From the NCBI GenBank assembly GCA_964016885.1, contig OZ024740.1, positions 341,868,001 through 341,932,000 of the forward strand: a DNA stretch of 64,000 nt, given 5' to 3'. This stretch comes from Eledone cirrhosa. Lineage: Eukaryota. Position numbers and translations under genes: made by a program. Of this stretch, positions 1 to 13,597 are shown piece after piece. How positions within the stretch are numbered: the stretch's first letter is position 1; every line of letters begins with the position of its first letter. The notes under the pieces were generated by a model, which made no database searches, was not told the DNA's origin, and was given only the letters and a program-made list of their open reading frames with translations.

Positions 1-712
1 TTTTAAAGTGTACATACTTATTTTCAAACTTTCCATCATAATTAAAGTTAGTTATAATACTAAATTCTTCCAAATTTCCGGATATTTTAAAAACTAATTT
101 GAATCCAATTGGCAGTGTATTTCGTTAAAAATGTAATAACAAAAGGGTTAAATAAGGTATTTTGAACAGCAATAAGTTAACAGATGCAAGAAAAATATAA
201 GCAGTCTGAAAATAGATTAACTTTTTTGATACTAACCCACCAAAAATGGCTTTGTTTCTAAAAAACAAAACCAACCATTTTGAAGGATTCCTACTTATAT
301 TAAAACCTTACAACATAATTTTAGAACCATTTGTTAAGTTGCATTACAAATACAATCTTAATTATTAATATTTTTAGTAAATCCCTCAAAATTCTTCAGT
401 AATTAATTCAAATATAATGATGTATTTTATTAGAAATATGATCATAAAAGGGTTAATATTCTATAAAAAAAAACCCCACTAAACTAAACATAGCTGTTTC
501 TCAGAGCTGGCTGATCTTAAGTCACCTCCAAACTCAGTCATCTCTCCTCTTGTTACAGATATCCCCTACTCACAAGTCTGCAATAACTTCTTTTACACCT
601 CTTCCTTCCAAGAATGCCCACCCCATAAAATTATCTCCCTACCACAGCCAGTTAAGATCAACTAGGCAGCCACAGAGGATGCAAACCTCATAGAGAAGCA
701 AGCAACTCAATC

Positions 713-925
713 TTAACCCTTTAGCATTTACATTACTCTATATTTACTATTATATTTTCACAGTAAAGGCTTTATTTCACATGATATTGAATCTATGAGA
801 TTTTGATATTTATTTTGAGAACAATACCTTAACATTAGTATGAGTGGCCAGTTACATCCAGTTTGAACAGAAAGAGATGAGAGAATTCTGGCCACATATG
901 CCCGGTTTAAACACTAAAGTGTTAA
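713..925. mobile_element. piggyBac-type MITE (TTAA...TTAA); further copies at ~12646-12842, ~49726-49932, ~50520-50735 and a partial copy at ~58508-58580
   Basis: Starts TTAA-CCCTTTAGCATTTA and ends ...CTAAAG(T/G)GTTAA. The same ~210 bp body recurs in both orientations in the window. Confidence 0.75.
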
Positions 926-1000
926 AGGATCAGTTTTATACAAATTTTTATAATTAAACTAAAATATATAATAATTTCCTGTAATCAATAAATAAATTAC

Positions 1001-1270
1001 TAAACATTTTTGCCATGTAGTAACATTAGGGAAATATCCAAAGAAGTGGACAGGGTCATATGGTGTTTTGACTTGCCACATGATATGATATGGTTGAGCG
1101 TGGACTGTGTAGTCGAAAATGCAAAGTTTAGTCATTTTCTCAGAGTGGTCAAAAACTAGGTTCATCAGCTTACCAAACTGTAAGTTGAAATTATTTTATT
1201 TGGGAAAATAGGACATATAACTGGAAGAATGGGGTGCCAGCTTTGCTTCCTGCTTATATTTTTCCTACAC
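1001..1270 (-). CDS. Candidate exon(s) of an unidentified gene continuing left of the window
   Basis: Two competing models. 1177-1001 (cttacag acceptor, gtaatt donor, 59 open codons FGKLMNLVFDH...TTWQKCL), or 1270-1174 (ttaacag acceptor, gtaagc donor, CRKNISRK...STYSL). Non-repetitive sequence; no family recognised. Confidence 0.3.
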
Positions 1271-2229
1271 CTGTTAAATTACAGCCATTCAATCGCAATT
1301 GCTCAACCAGTCTCAGTACTTTAACCTTTTTAATACTAAACCCATTCCCTGGTTCCATGATACAAAGCTGTTTACTTTAAAGAGTTTTTATTTATCTAAA
1401 AACCTTCCATCAAATGTTTATGTAAGAACATTTGTTAGGTTATGTTCCAATCAGCTTGATAATGAAAAAGTTAGTTACTTTCCTAAATCCTTCCAAATTC
1501 TTGATTATTTTGAAAATCATTTGAAAACCATAGGCAATATCTTTTATTAGAAATATAGTATTGAAACAGTTAATGAAGCTTGTTGCTTTCTCCCTCTTAT
1601 TCTAATATAGTTTCAAGATGAATATGAGTGATGTTTATGTTTCATATTTAGAGGATGGTCCCTACAAATATGTTGCAACCAATATTAACAAGAAATTAAA
1701 AGATAGATACCGATGAACTCGGAGAATTTTTCTCTGTCTGGAGGTACTCCATAATTATATATCGGGCTTTCCTCTTAAGTAACTGCTTTTCCTTATGTAA
1801 CCGACCAGACACTTTGAACATTTGAAACAGCTCTTTATATCTGTGAAGGCAATATTGTAAAGATTTTTTTTTTTCAATATGCGATAGTTAAACAAAATTA
1901 AGTACCACTTCCCCTGCCAAACATCATATAATACTTGCAACATGCAACTAAAGAAATTAGTTAAAATCTGCCCTAAGCCCAGAGGCTCATTTAGGAAGAG
2001 TTTACTTCAGTTTCATTGGTGTTAAGCTACTGAGAGTACAAGACAAAACACCTTGACAAGACATTAGTCTTCTCCAAGGTTAAACCCCCCCCCCAACTGA
2101 TGCTGGTATTCATTTTCTGAAGTGGAGTAAAACACTGTGAAATAAAGTGTCTTGCTCAAGGACACAATATGCTGTCTGGTCAAAGAATCAAACCCAAAAC
2201 CTAGCGATTGTGAGCCTAATGTTCTAACC

Positions 2230-2921
2230 CAGAAATGGGGAACCTACAGCCCTTTATGTCATTCTGTGCAGCCTTTTAAAAGAATCAAAAATTTCCAACA
2301 AATTTTTAATTTTTATTAGTATGTTTTTGTCTATCTCTTATTATTTTAATTTAAATCATAAGATGAATGTATTTTAAATACCAAAGAGTAAAAGAAAATT
2401 CAATGAAATAATCCACACTGACAGACAGCCAAATCATAAGGGCCATTACAATTCTAGAATGTACATTAAATTCCTACTTGACTGGAGCCACTATCACCCA
2501 AGGTTGTTTGGTGAGAACCCGCTAGGATTTAGTACGCCAGTGATTATCAAAGTTTGACAATTATCTATGTGGATTTCCATCTGAAGTAGAATTTTTAAAA
2601 TATTGCACAACTGGACCAAATATTCGTATTTGTTTTGTTTTTGTCAGCTCTAACGCAAGGGCAACTTGAAAAAGGTGGGGGCGTCAAATTTGTGTATTCT
2701 TCCCCTGAATTTGAGAAATAAGATATTTTGAAAATATAAAGTCATTAAAAGATTAAAAAATTTTTTTTCCGTTTTTCAGATAATCATTTCTATCGGTTAT
2801 CTTGCCATGCTGCATTCACTTCTATAGGTTATTTTGATGACATGACTGGCTGCCTACCTCACAATTTCCCTCCCACCACCATAGCCTATTCGACCAATCA
2901 AACCTCAGCATGCCATTTCTT

Positions 2922-2952
<31 letters not shown>

Positions 2953-5900
2953 CTAACTCTCTCCTCTCCCGTCCCAGCCCAACACACCCTGCCATTATTA
3001 CCACCACCACTGTTCTTCTAGCCCTGAATTTTCCTACCATTATGTATGGATGAGCTGAGAATAAATCGGAGCAACTCTGAATTAATAGATGAAATGAATA
3101 TGAATCCGCAAGCTACCAAGCACCCATGTGAAGCCCCAATCCAGAGAGAGGAAGCACACACACACCCCTGCAAAAATCGACCCTTCCCTACGAGTGTCGA
3201 CAAATGCCCAAAACTCTGAGTTGGTACCATCAATGTAAGCATAATGAAAGGAAGAGCAGGAGAAATCATAGAAATGCTAGAGCGAAAGGAAATTGGTGTA
3301 TGCTGTGTGCAAGAAACTAGATGGAGAGGAGAGTCTGCTAGAGTCCTTGTAGGAAAAAGTCAGTGTTACAAATTTTTCTGGGTGGGAAATGACGATGGGA
3401 TGGGTGGTGTAGGTATACTACTAGCTGACAAGTGGGTAGATAAAGTAATCTCAGTGTACAGGGTAAATGCAAGAATCATTAAACTCAGACTAGTCCTGAA
3501 TAAAACCAATTACCACAACAATATCAGCTTACGCACCCCAATCGGGGTTGCCAGACGAACTTAAGGATAGATTTTACGAGTCCCTAATGCACACTACAGC
3601 TCTAACAAACGACAATGACCTTCTAATCATCGCAGGAGATTTTAACGGACACGTAGGTAAACACTGTGATGGCTTCAATAGAGTCCATGGAGGCCATGGG
3701 GTTGGCACAAGAAATGAAGTAGAATTCAGACTTCTAGAATTCTGCGACGCCAATGACATGTCGATATGTAACACAAACTTCAAAAAACCCGACAACCACC
3801 TGATCACCTATAGATTAGGGGAGCATTCTAGTCAAATAGATTTTATCATCATCAGAGGACGTGACAGATGGACGGTCGTAAACACAAAAGCCTTCTCTAG
3901 TGAGGAATGTACCTCCCAACATAGCTTAGTTGCCAGCGACCTCACGGTCAGAACTAGACGAACCTGGAAACAGAGGCCAACCTGGAGAAGAAAGATCTGG
4001 AAGCTGAAAGACCCCTCAGCCAGTAACAGATTTAAAGATATTTTACTCAACGCCTACGACAGTAGAGAAGACCAGATAGAGACATTCAATGTAGAAGAGC
4101 ACAGGGAGTTCCTAAAAAATAACTTACTAGAGGTGACAGATGAGGTCTGCGGCTGGAGTAAGACCACAAGCAGGAGGAGAGTGACTTGGTGGTGGAACAA
4201 TAAAGTAGATGAGGCAGTTAAGGCCAAGAGACAGGCATGGAAAGAATGGAAGAATGGGGAGAGCAGGGTACATTACATAGAGACCAAGAGGGAAGTTAGG
4301 CGACAAGTATACTTAGCTAGGAGGGAAGCAGAGGATAGAAAATTCAAGCATGTTTTGCAACGTGAGGACCAGAAACAGGAGGTGTTCAAGATTGCGAGGC
4401 AGTGTGTCAGAGAGAATTGTGATGTCATTGGAGAGAAGTGTATACGGAATGATAAAGGTGAGCTTGCCTTCACAAGTGCTGAGAAGAAAGATGCATGGAA
4501 GAGTCATTATGATAGATTACTAAATGAGGAGAATGCATGGGAAGAAGAGACCCTACCCCAAGTAGACCCTATAGAGGGTCAAGTCAGCAGCAGCGTAGTA
4601 AGTAAGGCAATCAAAGATATGAAGATGGGGAAGGCAACCGGCCCATCGGGTATAGCTGCTGAGATGCTGAAGGCATCTGGGTCTGTAGGTCACACTATAA
4701 CCACACGTATTGTTAACCAGGTAATACTAGAAGGTGTCATACCAAAAGATTGGTGCAGTAGCATCATTGTCAACTGCTACAAAGGTAAAGGTGATGCACT
4801 CGATAGAGGAAACTATAGAGGTATAAAGCTGATGGACCAGGTCATGAAAGTAACAGAAAGAGTTATAGCACAGTTGATTAGGGACCGGGTGAAACTAGAT
4901 GAGATGCAATTTGGGTTTGTACCAGGAAGAGGCACCACTGATGACCTCTTCCTTGTGAGGCAGTTACAGGAAAAGTACCTAGCTAAAAGTAAGCCACTCT
5001 ACCTGGCATTCGTCGAGCTCGAGAAAGCCTTTGACAGAGTTCCACGTGCTGTAATCTGGTGGGCTCTTAGAAAACTAGGAGTAGATCAATGGCTCGTGAA
5101 AGCTGTACAAGCCATGTATAGGGGAGCAGTCAGCAAAGTTAGGATTAGCAATGAGTATAGCGAGGAATTTAGCGTACAGGTTGGTGTCCACCAGGGCTCT
5201 GTTCTTAGCCCTCTCCTGTTCATCATAGTCCTGCAGGCAATAACGGAGGAGTTTAAGACCGGATGCCCATGGGAACTCCTGTATGCTGATGACCTCGCAC
5301 TTATAGCTGAATCTATGGTAGAACTAGAGAAGAAATTCCAAACTTGGAAGCAGGGACTGGAAAGAAAGGGTCTCAAAGTCAACATGTCAATGACTAAGGT
5401 CCTTGTAAGTAGATGAGAAAACAGAACCCAGATCCCCTCAGGGAAATGGCCTTGCTCAGTATGTAGGAAAGGTGTAGGTAGGAACTCCATTTTCTGCCCC
5501 AAATGCAAACAACGGGTACACAAGAGATGTAGCGGGATCTCAGGAAGCTTAATTAAGAATGTAGGCTTCACATGCAGCAGCTGTACTGGGACAGCAAGCA
5601 GCAAACAGCCACAGGAAACAAGTACCACCAATCTCTGGGAGGGCTCTGTAGAGACAGTAGACAGCTTCTGCTACCTAGGTGACCGAATTAGCAGCGGAGG
5701 TGGGTGTTCAGAAAGTACAATAACTAGGGTAAGAACGGGATGGAAGAAGTTCAGGGAACTACTGCCACTGCTAGCTACAAAGGGCTTCTCCCTCAAAATG
5801 AAAGGCAGACTGTATGATGCGTGTATCCGAACAGCAATGTTACATGGTAGTGAGACCTGGGCGCTGAAGGTGGAAGACTTATGTAGATTAGAGAGAAACG

Positions 5901-6681
5901 AAGCTTGCATGCTCCGATGGATGTGTAATAGTAATATACGCGAACGACAAAGCATAAATGAATTGGGAGAGAAACTGAGCATAAGAGGAATCAAATGCTG
6001 TGTGCAGGAGAGGCGGTTGCGTTGGTATGGACATGTGATGCGTATGAAGGATGACAGCTGCATAAAAAGGTGCAGAGCACTAGAAGTCGATGGAAACCGC
6101 AGAGTGGGGAGACCCAAGATGACCTGGGATGAGGTGATAAAAGCCGACCTTACCCAATTACACCTCTCAAAGGCGATGACACACGACCGTGACCTCTGGC
6201 GTCACGCAGTAATAGAGAGAACCCGACCTCCCATGGGTACAAGCTGAAGCATATAGACAATATGCCCCCACACCCCCCACCGCAAGGTGGTCGTGGAGGT
6301 GCCACGGCAAAAAAGCACCCAGCCCACACTGAAAAGTGAACGTGTAGGCGCCACGAAAAAGCACCCAGCACTCACTGTAAATGAGGTTGGTGTTAGGAAG
6401 GGCATCCAGCTGTAGAAATCAAGCCAAATCAGTTCCTGTATGAGCAAGGCATGGTCAGCCGACCAGACACTGCCCACAACAGGACAACCCGTCTAACCCA
6501 TGCTAGCGTGGAAGAACGGACGTAAAACGGTGATGATGAAGATGATGATGACATTGTAATTAGATTTTTACAGAATAATTTAGATTTTAAGAATATATAA
6601 TTATGATTTCTTGAATGCGGCCTTATTATATTCCAAGTAACTTAATGTGGCCTTTCAACATGAAACGGTTCACCACCTTGG
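2230..6681. mobile_element. hAT/Charlie-like non-autonomous DNA transposon interrupted by the RTE LINE
   Basis: Degenerate TIRs cagaaatggggaacc / ggttcaccaccttgg. 8-bp TSD ttctaacc (2222-2229) / ctctaacc (6682-6689). Confidence 0.6.
2844..6545 (+). mobile_element. Near-full-length RTE-clade LINE (APE endonuclease + reverse transcriptase), inactivated by a frameshift near 3520-3550 and a TGA at 5414-5416
   Basis: ORFs 3244-3564, 3548-5416 and 5798-6247 carry APE motifs (CVQETRW, GDFNGH, QIDF, SQHSLV) and RT motifs (QFGF, LEKAFD, GVHQGSVLSPLLF, YADD). C-terminus LRWYGHVMR...GRP. (GAT)n tail. Candidate TSD tgatgacat at 2835-2843 and 6546-6554. Confidence 0.95.
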
Positions 6682-6851
6682 CTCTAACCACTAAATTGCA
6701 AGCCTTCACAACAAAGAAAGAGGATTAAAACAGAGAAAGTTAGACATTGAGCGACTGGAGGTAAACTTGTCTTGGGCCCTTAACCCTTCATTGAATTGTA
6801 GACACTGTAGTGACATACAGTGTATGCTGGGGATTTAAACCTGTGTGTATT

Positions 6852-8380
6852 ATCATCATCATCACCATTTAACGTCAATTTTTCCATGCTAGCATGGGTT
6901 AGATGGGTTGTCCCATTGTGAGACAAGCTAGATCAGATGATCGCGTCTTGCTCATACAGAACTGTTTCTGGCTTGGTTTCTACGGCTGGATGCCCTTTCT
7001 AAGGTCAACCATATTTACAGTATGAAATGGGTGCTTTTTCGTGGCACCTACACGACCACTTTATAGTGTGGGCTGGGCACTTTTTGTTGTGACATCTACA
7101 TGACCAGTTTACAGTGTGAACTGGCTGCTGGGGAGGTATGTGGGGATTAGAGAGATAGATCTAGGGTGGGGCTCTTATCTGGTGAAGGTGGGACTGTAGA
7201 AAAATGAATGAGAGGAGGAGGTGTTAGGGCATGGGAGGTGTATGGAAGAGGGGGAAGTGGTGCATACTAGATGTATGCTTCAACCTGACCACATGGGAAG
7301 GTGGGTCTTCTGTATTACTGCATAATGCCAGAGATCTCGATCTTGTGTCATCGCCTTCAAGAGGTGCAATTGTGTAAAGTCAACTTTTATCACCTTATCC
7401 CAAGTCTTCCTACTCCATAGCTTCCAACTTTGAGTGCCCTGCACATTTTTATGCAGCTGTCATCCTTCATATACATCATATGTCCATACCAATGTATTCT
7501 CCTTTCCTAAAAACTACATCTGATCCCTCTTATGCCCAGTTTCTCTCTCTGTTCATTTATACTTTGTCATTCATGTATATTACTATTACATATCCATCGA
7601 AGCATGCCAGCTTCATTTCTTTCCAATCTTCTTAGGTCCTCTGCACACAGCGCCCAGGCCTCACTACCATGCAACATTGTTATTCATATACACCCGTCAT
7701 AGAATCTCTCTTTCATTTTGTAGCTAGCAGTGATAGTAGCTCCCAGAACTTTCTCAATCCTGTCCTCACTCTAGCTACTATACATACAGAACACCCACCT
7801 CTACACTGTTAATTTGGTTACCCAGGTAACAAAAACTATCAACTACTTCTACTGAGCCCTCTAGCCACTTACTGCACTTTTGCAACGACCATATATAAAA
7901 CCTGCATTTTTTTGCTAGCCTCCCTGAAATCCCACTACATCTCTTGAGTACCTGTAGTTTACATTTGGGACATAGGATGGAATTTCTACCTACTCCTTTC
8001 CTACACACTGAGCAAGGCCATTTCCCTGAGGAAATCTGGGCCCTGTTTTCCTTTCTGCATACTAGGACTTTGGTCTTTGCTAAGTAGTCTTTAAGACGTA
8101 AGATTCTAGGCCTTGCTTCCAGATTTGGAATATCTTCTCTAGTCTGCCATAGATTCAGCTAAAAGAGTTAGGTCATCTGTATACAGAAGTTCCCATGGGC
8201 AGCCAGTCTTAAACTCTTCTGTTATAGCCTGCAGGACAATGATAAACAGGAGAGGGTTAAGAATGAAGCCCTGATGGACTCCTACGTGCATGCTAAATTC
8301 TTCACTATAGTCATTATTAATTCTAATCTTGCTGACTATTCCTCTATATATGACTTGTACTGCCCTCACAAGCCACTCAT
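6852..8380 (-). mobile_element. 5'-truncated decayed RTE LINE
   Basis: (CAT)n tail at ~6852. ORFs 8139-8369 (GVHQG...YTDD) and 7778-8008 are homologous to the 3-6.5 kb element. Confidence 0.9.
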
Positions 8381-8908
8381 TTATGCCAAGAGTATAATAG
8401 CTAGAATAAGGAGAGGATGGAAGAAGTTTAGAGAACTACCCCCACTGTTGACAGAAAACAAAAGGTTTCTCCCTACATACAAAAGGAAGGCTGATGCCTG
8501 TGTGCAGATTTCAATGCTGGATGGTAGTGAAACATGGGCTGTGACTGCAGAGGACATGCGTAGACTGGAGAAAAATGAAGCAACCATGCTTCGTTTGATG
8601 TGCGTTGTGAGAGAAAGGCAGAGGTTGGACGAGCTGAGGGGGAAGCTGGGTTTAAGAGGAATCCGAGGTTGTGTGCAGGAGAGAAGACTGTGTTGGTGTG
8701 GAAATGTGATGCACATGGACAATAACCGATGGGTGAAGAAATGCCAGGAAATTCCAGTGGAAGGAAGCCACAGTAGAGGTCGACCAAGAAAGACCTGGGC
8801 AGAGAAAATGATGTAGGAATGCAACAAGTGGAGAGATGCCGTGCTGAGAAGGACTCATTCAACCCATGCAAGCCTGGAAAAGAGACCATAAAACGATGAT
8901 GATGATGA
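8381..8908 (+). mobile_element. 3' fragment of a second RTE subfamily
   Basis: ARIRRGWKKFRELPPLL...SETWA...GRPRKTW; short 3' UTR and (GAT)n tail. Confidence 0.85.
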
Positions 8909-9420
8909 TATATATATATATCATTGATATATATCTACACCCACATAAATTAAATGGTCGAGTTCAAAACTTCTAAGTAACTTCATAATGACTAATGTTT
9001 TTGTTTGTTTTCGTAGTTGTTTTTTTTTTGTTTTTTTTTTTGTTTGTTTCTTGGGGGTTTTTTTTCAAGAAAATTTATAGGTCTATCTTATAGGTGCACT
9101 ATTTAATGATAATATTAAAATTTAATTATGTAATGACTATAAATTTATGTGATTACACATAAAATTACCTCCCTTGCCTGTGGAAAGTTCAAAACTTAAT
9201 TCAATAGATAGAGATTCTAATAATTAACTTTTAACAATGGTGATGACTTATAATGTTACAAGAAAATGTTAATTCAAAAGTTTACAGTATCTTTACCAAT
9301 GGACAGTTCATTGTGAACTTTTGCATTGTTAGACTAAAGACATAAATTGTTAATGTGATACTGTTTTGTACTTCTAAAAGACTATATTTCTAATGCGGGT
9401 TCTTCTGGTACAGGATGTTA

Positions 9421-9548
9421 TTAGTTAAAGTCCAACCTTATTGAGTCACGCAGGAATTTTGTTTTGCTTATTAATATTCCATATTCAGACAACATTAAAT
9501 AGTCTAGTCTGGGGCACATATGGCTAGATTTTTTTCTGTTCATCTTTT
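9421..9548 (-). CDS. Gene A (RGS-domain protein), putative last coding exon
   Basis: Acceptor tttgttttcag. Phase-1 frame is open and matches the preceding exon: (E)KMNRKKSSHMCPRLDYLMLSEYGILISKTKFLRDSIRLDFN-TAA. Confidence 0.55.
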
Positions 9549-12373
9549 CTGAAAACAAACAAATAAATCAACAATAACTTCATTTCTATATATTAGGGCA
9601 GTGTCTTCTAATGTTAACATCATAACATTATAGACAACATAAGGGTAACCGTGAGGGTCACTGTATCTGTAACCAAATAGAATAGAATTCTAAAACACTA
9701 GGATTTATCTACAAACTATTTTTTTCAGTCTGTAGTTTTTGAGACAATTGGAGGAATTGAACCATTCTTAATGACGTTCTAGTCATTGTTGGTGGCTCAC
9801 CTTACTGAAATATCAAGTGATGCTCATAAGGGGGCTTGGATATTACAGTGCCTTAGCATGTCTTCTCCTTTTAATTCTTTTGATTGTTGCTTTCTTTCTC
9901 TTTTTTATTCTTTTCTCTAATTACTTTTTCACTGCAAATTGATCATCTTGTTTTAATTGATGTAAATAATTGTTTCTACTTTTTGCACAAGGCCAGCAAT
10001 TTCCCAGTGCATTACTGGTACTTTATTTTATCGACCCCGTAAGGATGAAAGGCAAAGTTAACCTCGGCGGGATTTGAACTTTGATGTAAATAATATCTCT
10101 GATTTAACAACGGAAACCAACCAATAAAAAAGTCAAATAGGATATTACTTGAAACAAATCAATACCAATGTGTTCTCATCTTATATAAAACTTATATCAG
10201 CATTCCTCATTCATTTGTGGTACAACCTGTGTACTTGCATGAAGTCAATGTCCTACTAAGACTTGTATGGTCAGCCATACAGACCAGGGATGGGGAATCT
10301 GCAGACTTAAAGTTGCATGTTGCTCATAAGATTGGATTTTGTATAAAATACATAGTATTTTATTTACTAGCAGAAAAACCACCCTTTGTGTGGTTTTCTG
10401 CTAGCATGTGTAGTGTGCATATTGATATTATACACAAATATATATGCATGTAGATATGATACATCAAATAAAATCGTAATTGACAATATGCACCGAAATT
10501 GAAAAGAGACTGTGTTACACTATCTTCTGTAATCAGTAAAGTAATCCATGATACGTTTAAAAAAGACAATATTATATATAAACTGCATTACGGTGAAATG
10601 TAATGAAAACGAAAAAAGAGAAAATTAGGGACGGAAATATAAATGTTATGATATATGAACGTTTATATAAGCGATGTGATATAGCGTACGTTATATCATA
10701 ACCGGAAGTATTGACATTTGAAAACTTTTAAAAAAGTGAATCTTAGAATAAGCAATCATTATATATAAGAATATTTATGTTTAATCACCAGCTACGAAAT
10801 TTAGTACATAAATTATGTCATATTCATTATTTATTCAAAGTAATCCAACTTATTTTATTAATGAGATAAAAAAATATATTCAGGACACAGTCCCGCACTC
10901 CTCCCTTTATTATATTGCGATTCATTGTGGATGCAGTGTAGTCAAATGGTTCAGAAGTATTCTCCACAACCATGAATTTCTGGGGTTGATCCCATGTGTA
11001 GCAACTTGGTCTAAATCTATCTTGAACCCAGAAGTTCATCAAACCAGTGTTTATTCCAGTTTCTGTGGCATGAAACAAATGAGAGTACAAGACTTTCCCC
11101 TGGACAGGATGCCAGTCCATTGCAGGGCTAAATCCCCAGCTATTGCTGGTACTCGTTTTCAACTGAGTATACTGGAGCAATGTGAAATGAAGTGTTTTTC
11201 TCAAGAACACAACCCATAACCCAGTCCAGGAATTGAACCCACAACATTATCATTGTAAGTGTTTTACTATTCTGTCAATACAGAAACTTTGACAATTGAC
11301 AATGTGTAATTGCATATTAGTTATGAAATGATTTTACTGACATAAATCTTTTAATCTTTTACTAGTTTTGGTCATTAGACAACAGCCATACTGGGGCACT
11401 GCCTTGATTTAGTTGATCATATTAACCTCAGTACAAATTTTTTGAAGTCTGGTATTTATTTTATTAATCTCTGTTTTGTTAAACTGCTATGTTATGGGAA
11501 ATAAACCCAGACACAAACATAGACATGGACACTCACACAGTCATCATCACCGTTTAACATCTATTTTCCATGCTTGCATGAATAGACACATGGATAGACC
11601 CAAGAAGACCTGGGATGAGGTGATAAAAGCTGATCTTGTCCAATTGCACCTCTCAAAGGCAATGACACAGGACCAAGACCTCTGGCACTATGCAGCAATG
11701 CAGAAAACCCAACTTTGCATGGGCACATAGACAGTATGTACATATAGGGGCTCCCACAAGACCACTGAGAGCAGTGTAAACTCTGAATGTCAGTGAGCAT
11801 GTCCAGCTAACCTCAGTCTCCTCTTTGTCACTTTCAGTACAGTGTGTGACAAGGTGGCCCTTTAAATTACAGATAGATCTCATTTTTGGCAACTGAGTGG
11901 ACTGGAACAACATGAAATAAAGTGTTTTGCTCAAAGACAAATGCACTGTCAGGAATCAAATTCACAAACCTTACAATCATGAACCAAATATCTTAACCAC
12001 TAAGCCACATGCTTTCATATCCTTAGTATAAATATACATAGAAGAGCCAAATATCAGGACTGTAGAAAAAAAAATCCCATTGTATGTAGTTGTCATAGAA
12101 CTGTTTACATTGAGCAACTTAACCCTTTTGTTGCCAATCCAGCCAAAACTGGCTCTGGTTGTATGAAATAAAATCACCCATTTTAAAAGTTTCCAGTTTA
12201 TAAAGATCCTTACATAAAGTTACAATTTTAGTAATGAAATAATTGATAATTTTAGTAAATCTGTCAAAATTCTTCATTAATTAATTGAAATAGAGTGTAT
12301 TTCATTAGGAATATGGTCTTGAAAGGGTTAAATTATAACAAATTATTAAAATGTTAATATAGAATTTACTAAC

Positions 12374-12514
12374 CTTCTTTTATTTCTGCAATATCTAATA
12401 ATTGCTCCTCATATAAACAAGTTATATAACTGACAAGTAAATTAGTCACTTTAAATATTCTGATGTCAGCAACAAACAAGAATATTTTCCAAAGAACTTT
12501 ATAGACATTGCTTC
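12374..12514 (-). CDS. Gene A internal exon
   Basis: ttatttcctag acceptor and AG|gttagt donor. The only open frame is phase 1-1: SNVYKVLWKIFLFVADIRIFKVTNLLVSYITCLYEEQLLDIAEIKE. Confidence 0.7.
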
Positions 12515-13597
12515 CTAGGAAATAAAATAAAGGTTGGGTATTGAAATAGAAAATTAGTAAGATAAAAGAGAAATTAGGATAATTAAGTGATTAACACTGA
12601 AAGATAAATACTTTGAAATATCAAAAAAATGACAGGAAATGTATTTAACCCTTTAGCATTTAAACTGGCCATATCTGGCTCGAATTGTCTCACCTTTTTC
12701 GGTTCAAACCGGCTGTAACTGGCCACTCATACTAATATTAAGGTATTGTTCTCAAAATAAATAACATCAAAATCTCATAGATTCGATATTATCTCATAGA
12801 TACAATAGTATGTATTGAGTAATGTAAATGCCAAAGGGTTAAATCTGTTATGTAATACAATCATAAACATTAGGTTGGATCATATGAGCAAGAGGTGGTC
12901 CCCCAACTAATCTGGAAGGGGAGTAACTCTGATTAAGTATTGACTTAGGTATTGTTGACCCATCCAACTCCACTCCCAACTCCACCCAAAGTATCTAATA
13001 GGTTAAGGCAAGATATGAAAGGAAGGCCACCACGTCAGGTAATAGGCCTAGGTTAGATGTGAAATATAGCTCCTATTTCAAACAGTGTTTAATACATATG
13101 GCCTATATGGGTTTCAGATATGTAGCGTACAAGATATATTTACACATGTAATGTGTAATATATAATTACAAGAGAACAATAAAAGAACTAATACTTGAGC
13201 AGAGTAACCTTCCTTGGTGCCAGGGTCAGCAGGCCAGAACACCTAACCCTGACACCCAATCTAATATAAATACTAAAATCTAATTGTAACATTTTAATTT
13301 ATCCTAATTCAATTATAATACCCCATGCTTTAATATCAACATCATGTGTGGTAATGACACTGATGTCTACGCAGTCCATCATCATCAGTTTTACATCCAT
13401 TTGTCTTTTACTATGCTGGTATGGGTTAGATGAAAGTTTTTGAGGCAGAATTTTACAGTCAGATGGCCTTTCTGACACCTAAATTTACTTTTCTTTCTAG
13501 ATTTAAGGTGTGGATCTTCGTACATTGAACTGCTATATATATATATAAATACATATAATATATATATACATATGCATACACATATATATATATATAT

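Larger units (their letters stand above)
2090..6708 (-). mobile_element. tRNA-derived CORE-type SINE split by a nested insertion (parts ~2090-2229 and 6682-6708)
   Basis: The left part carries the reverse complement of the 'gtgtccttgagcaagacacttt' core. The SINE head 'actaaattgcaagccttcac' resumes right after the inserted element. Confidence 0.65.

Noticed and set aside
5086-6117. Long antisense ORFs (181 aa, 148 aa) and similar ones at 8381-8889, 13533-13994 and 59142-59537
   Set aside because: Shadow frames of transposon coding sequence.
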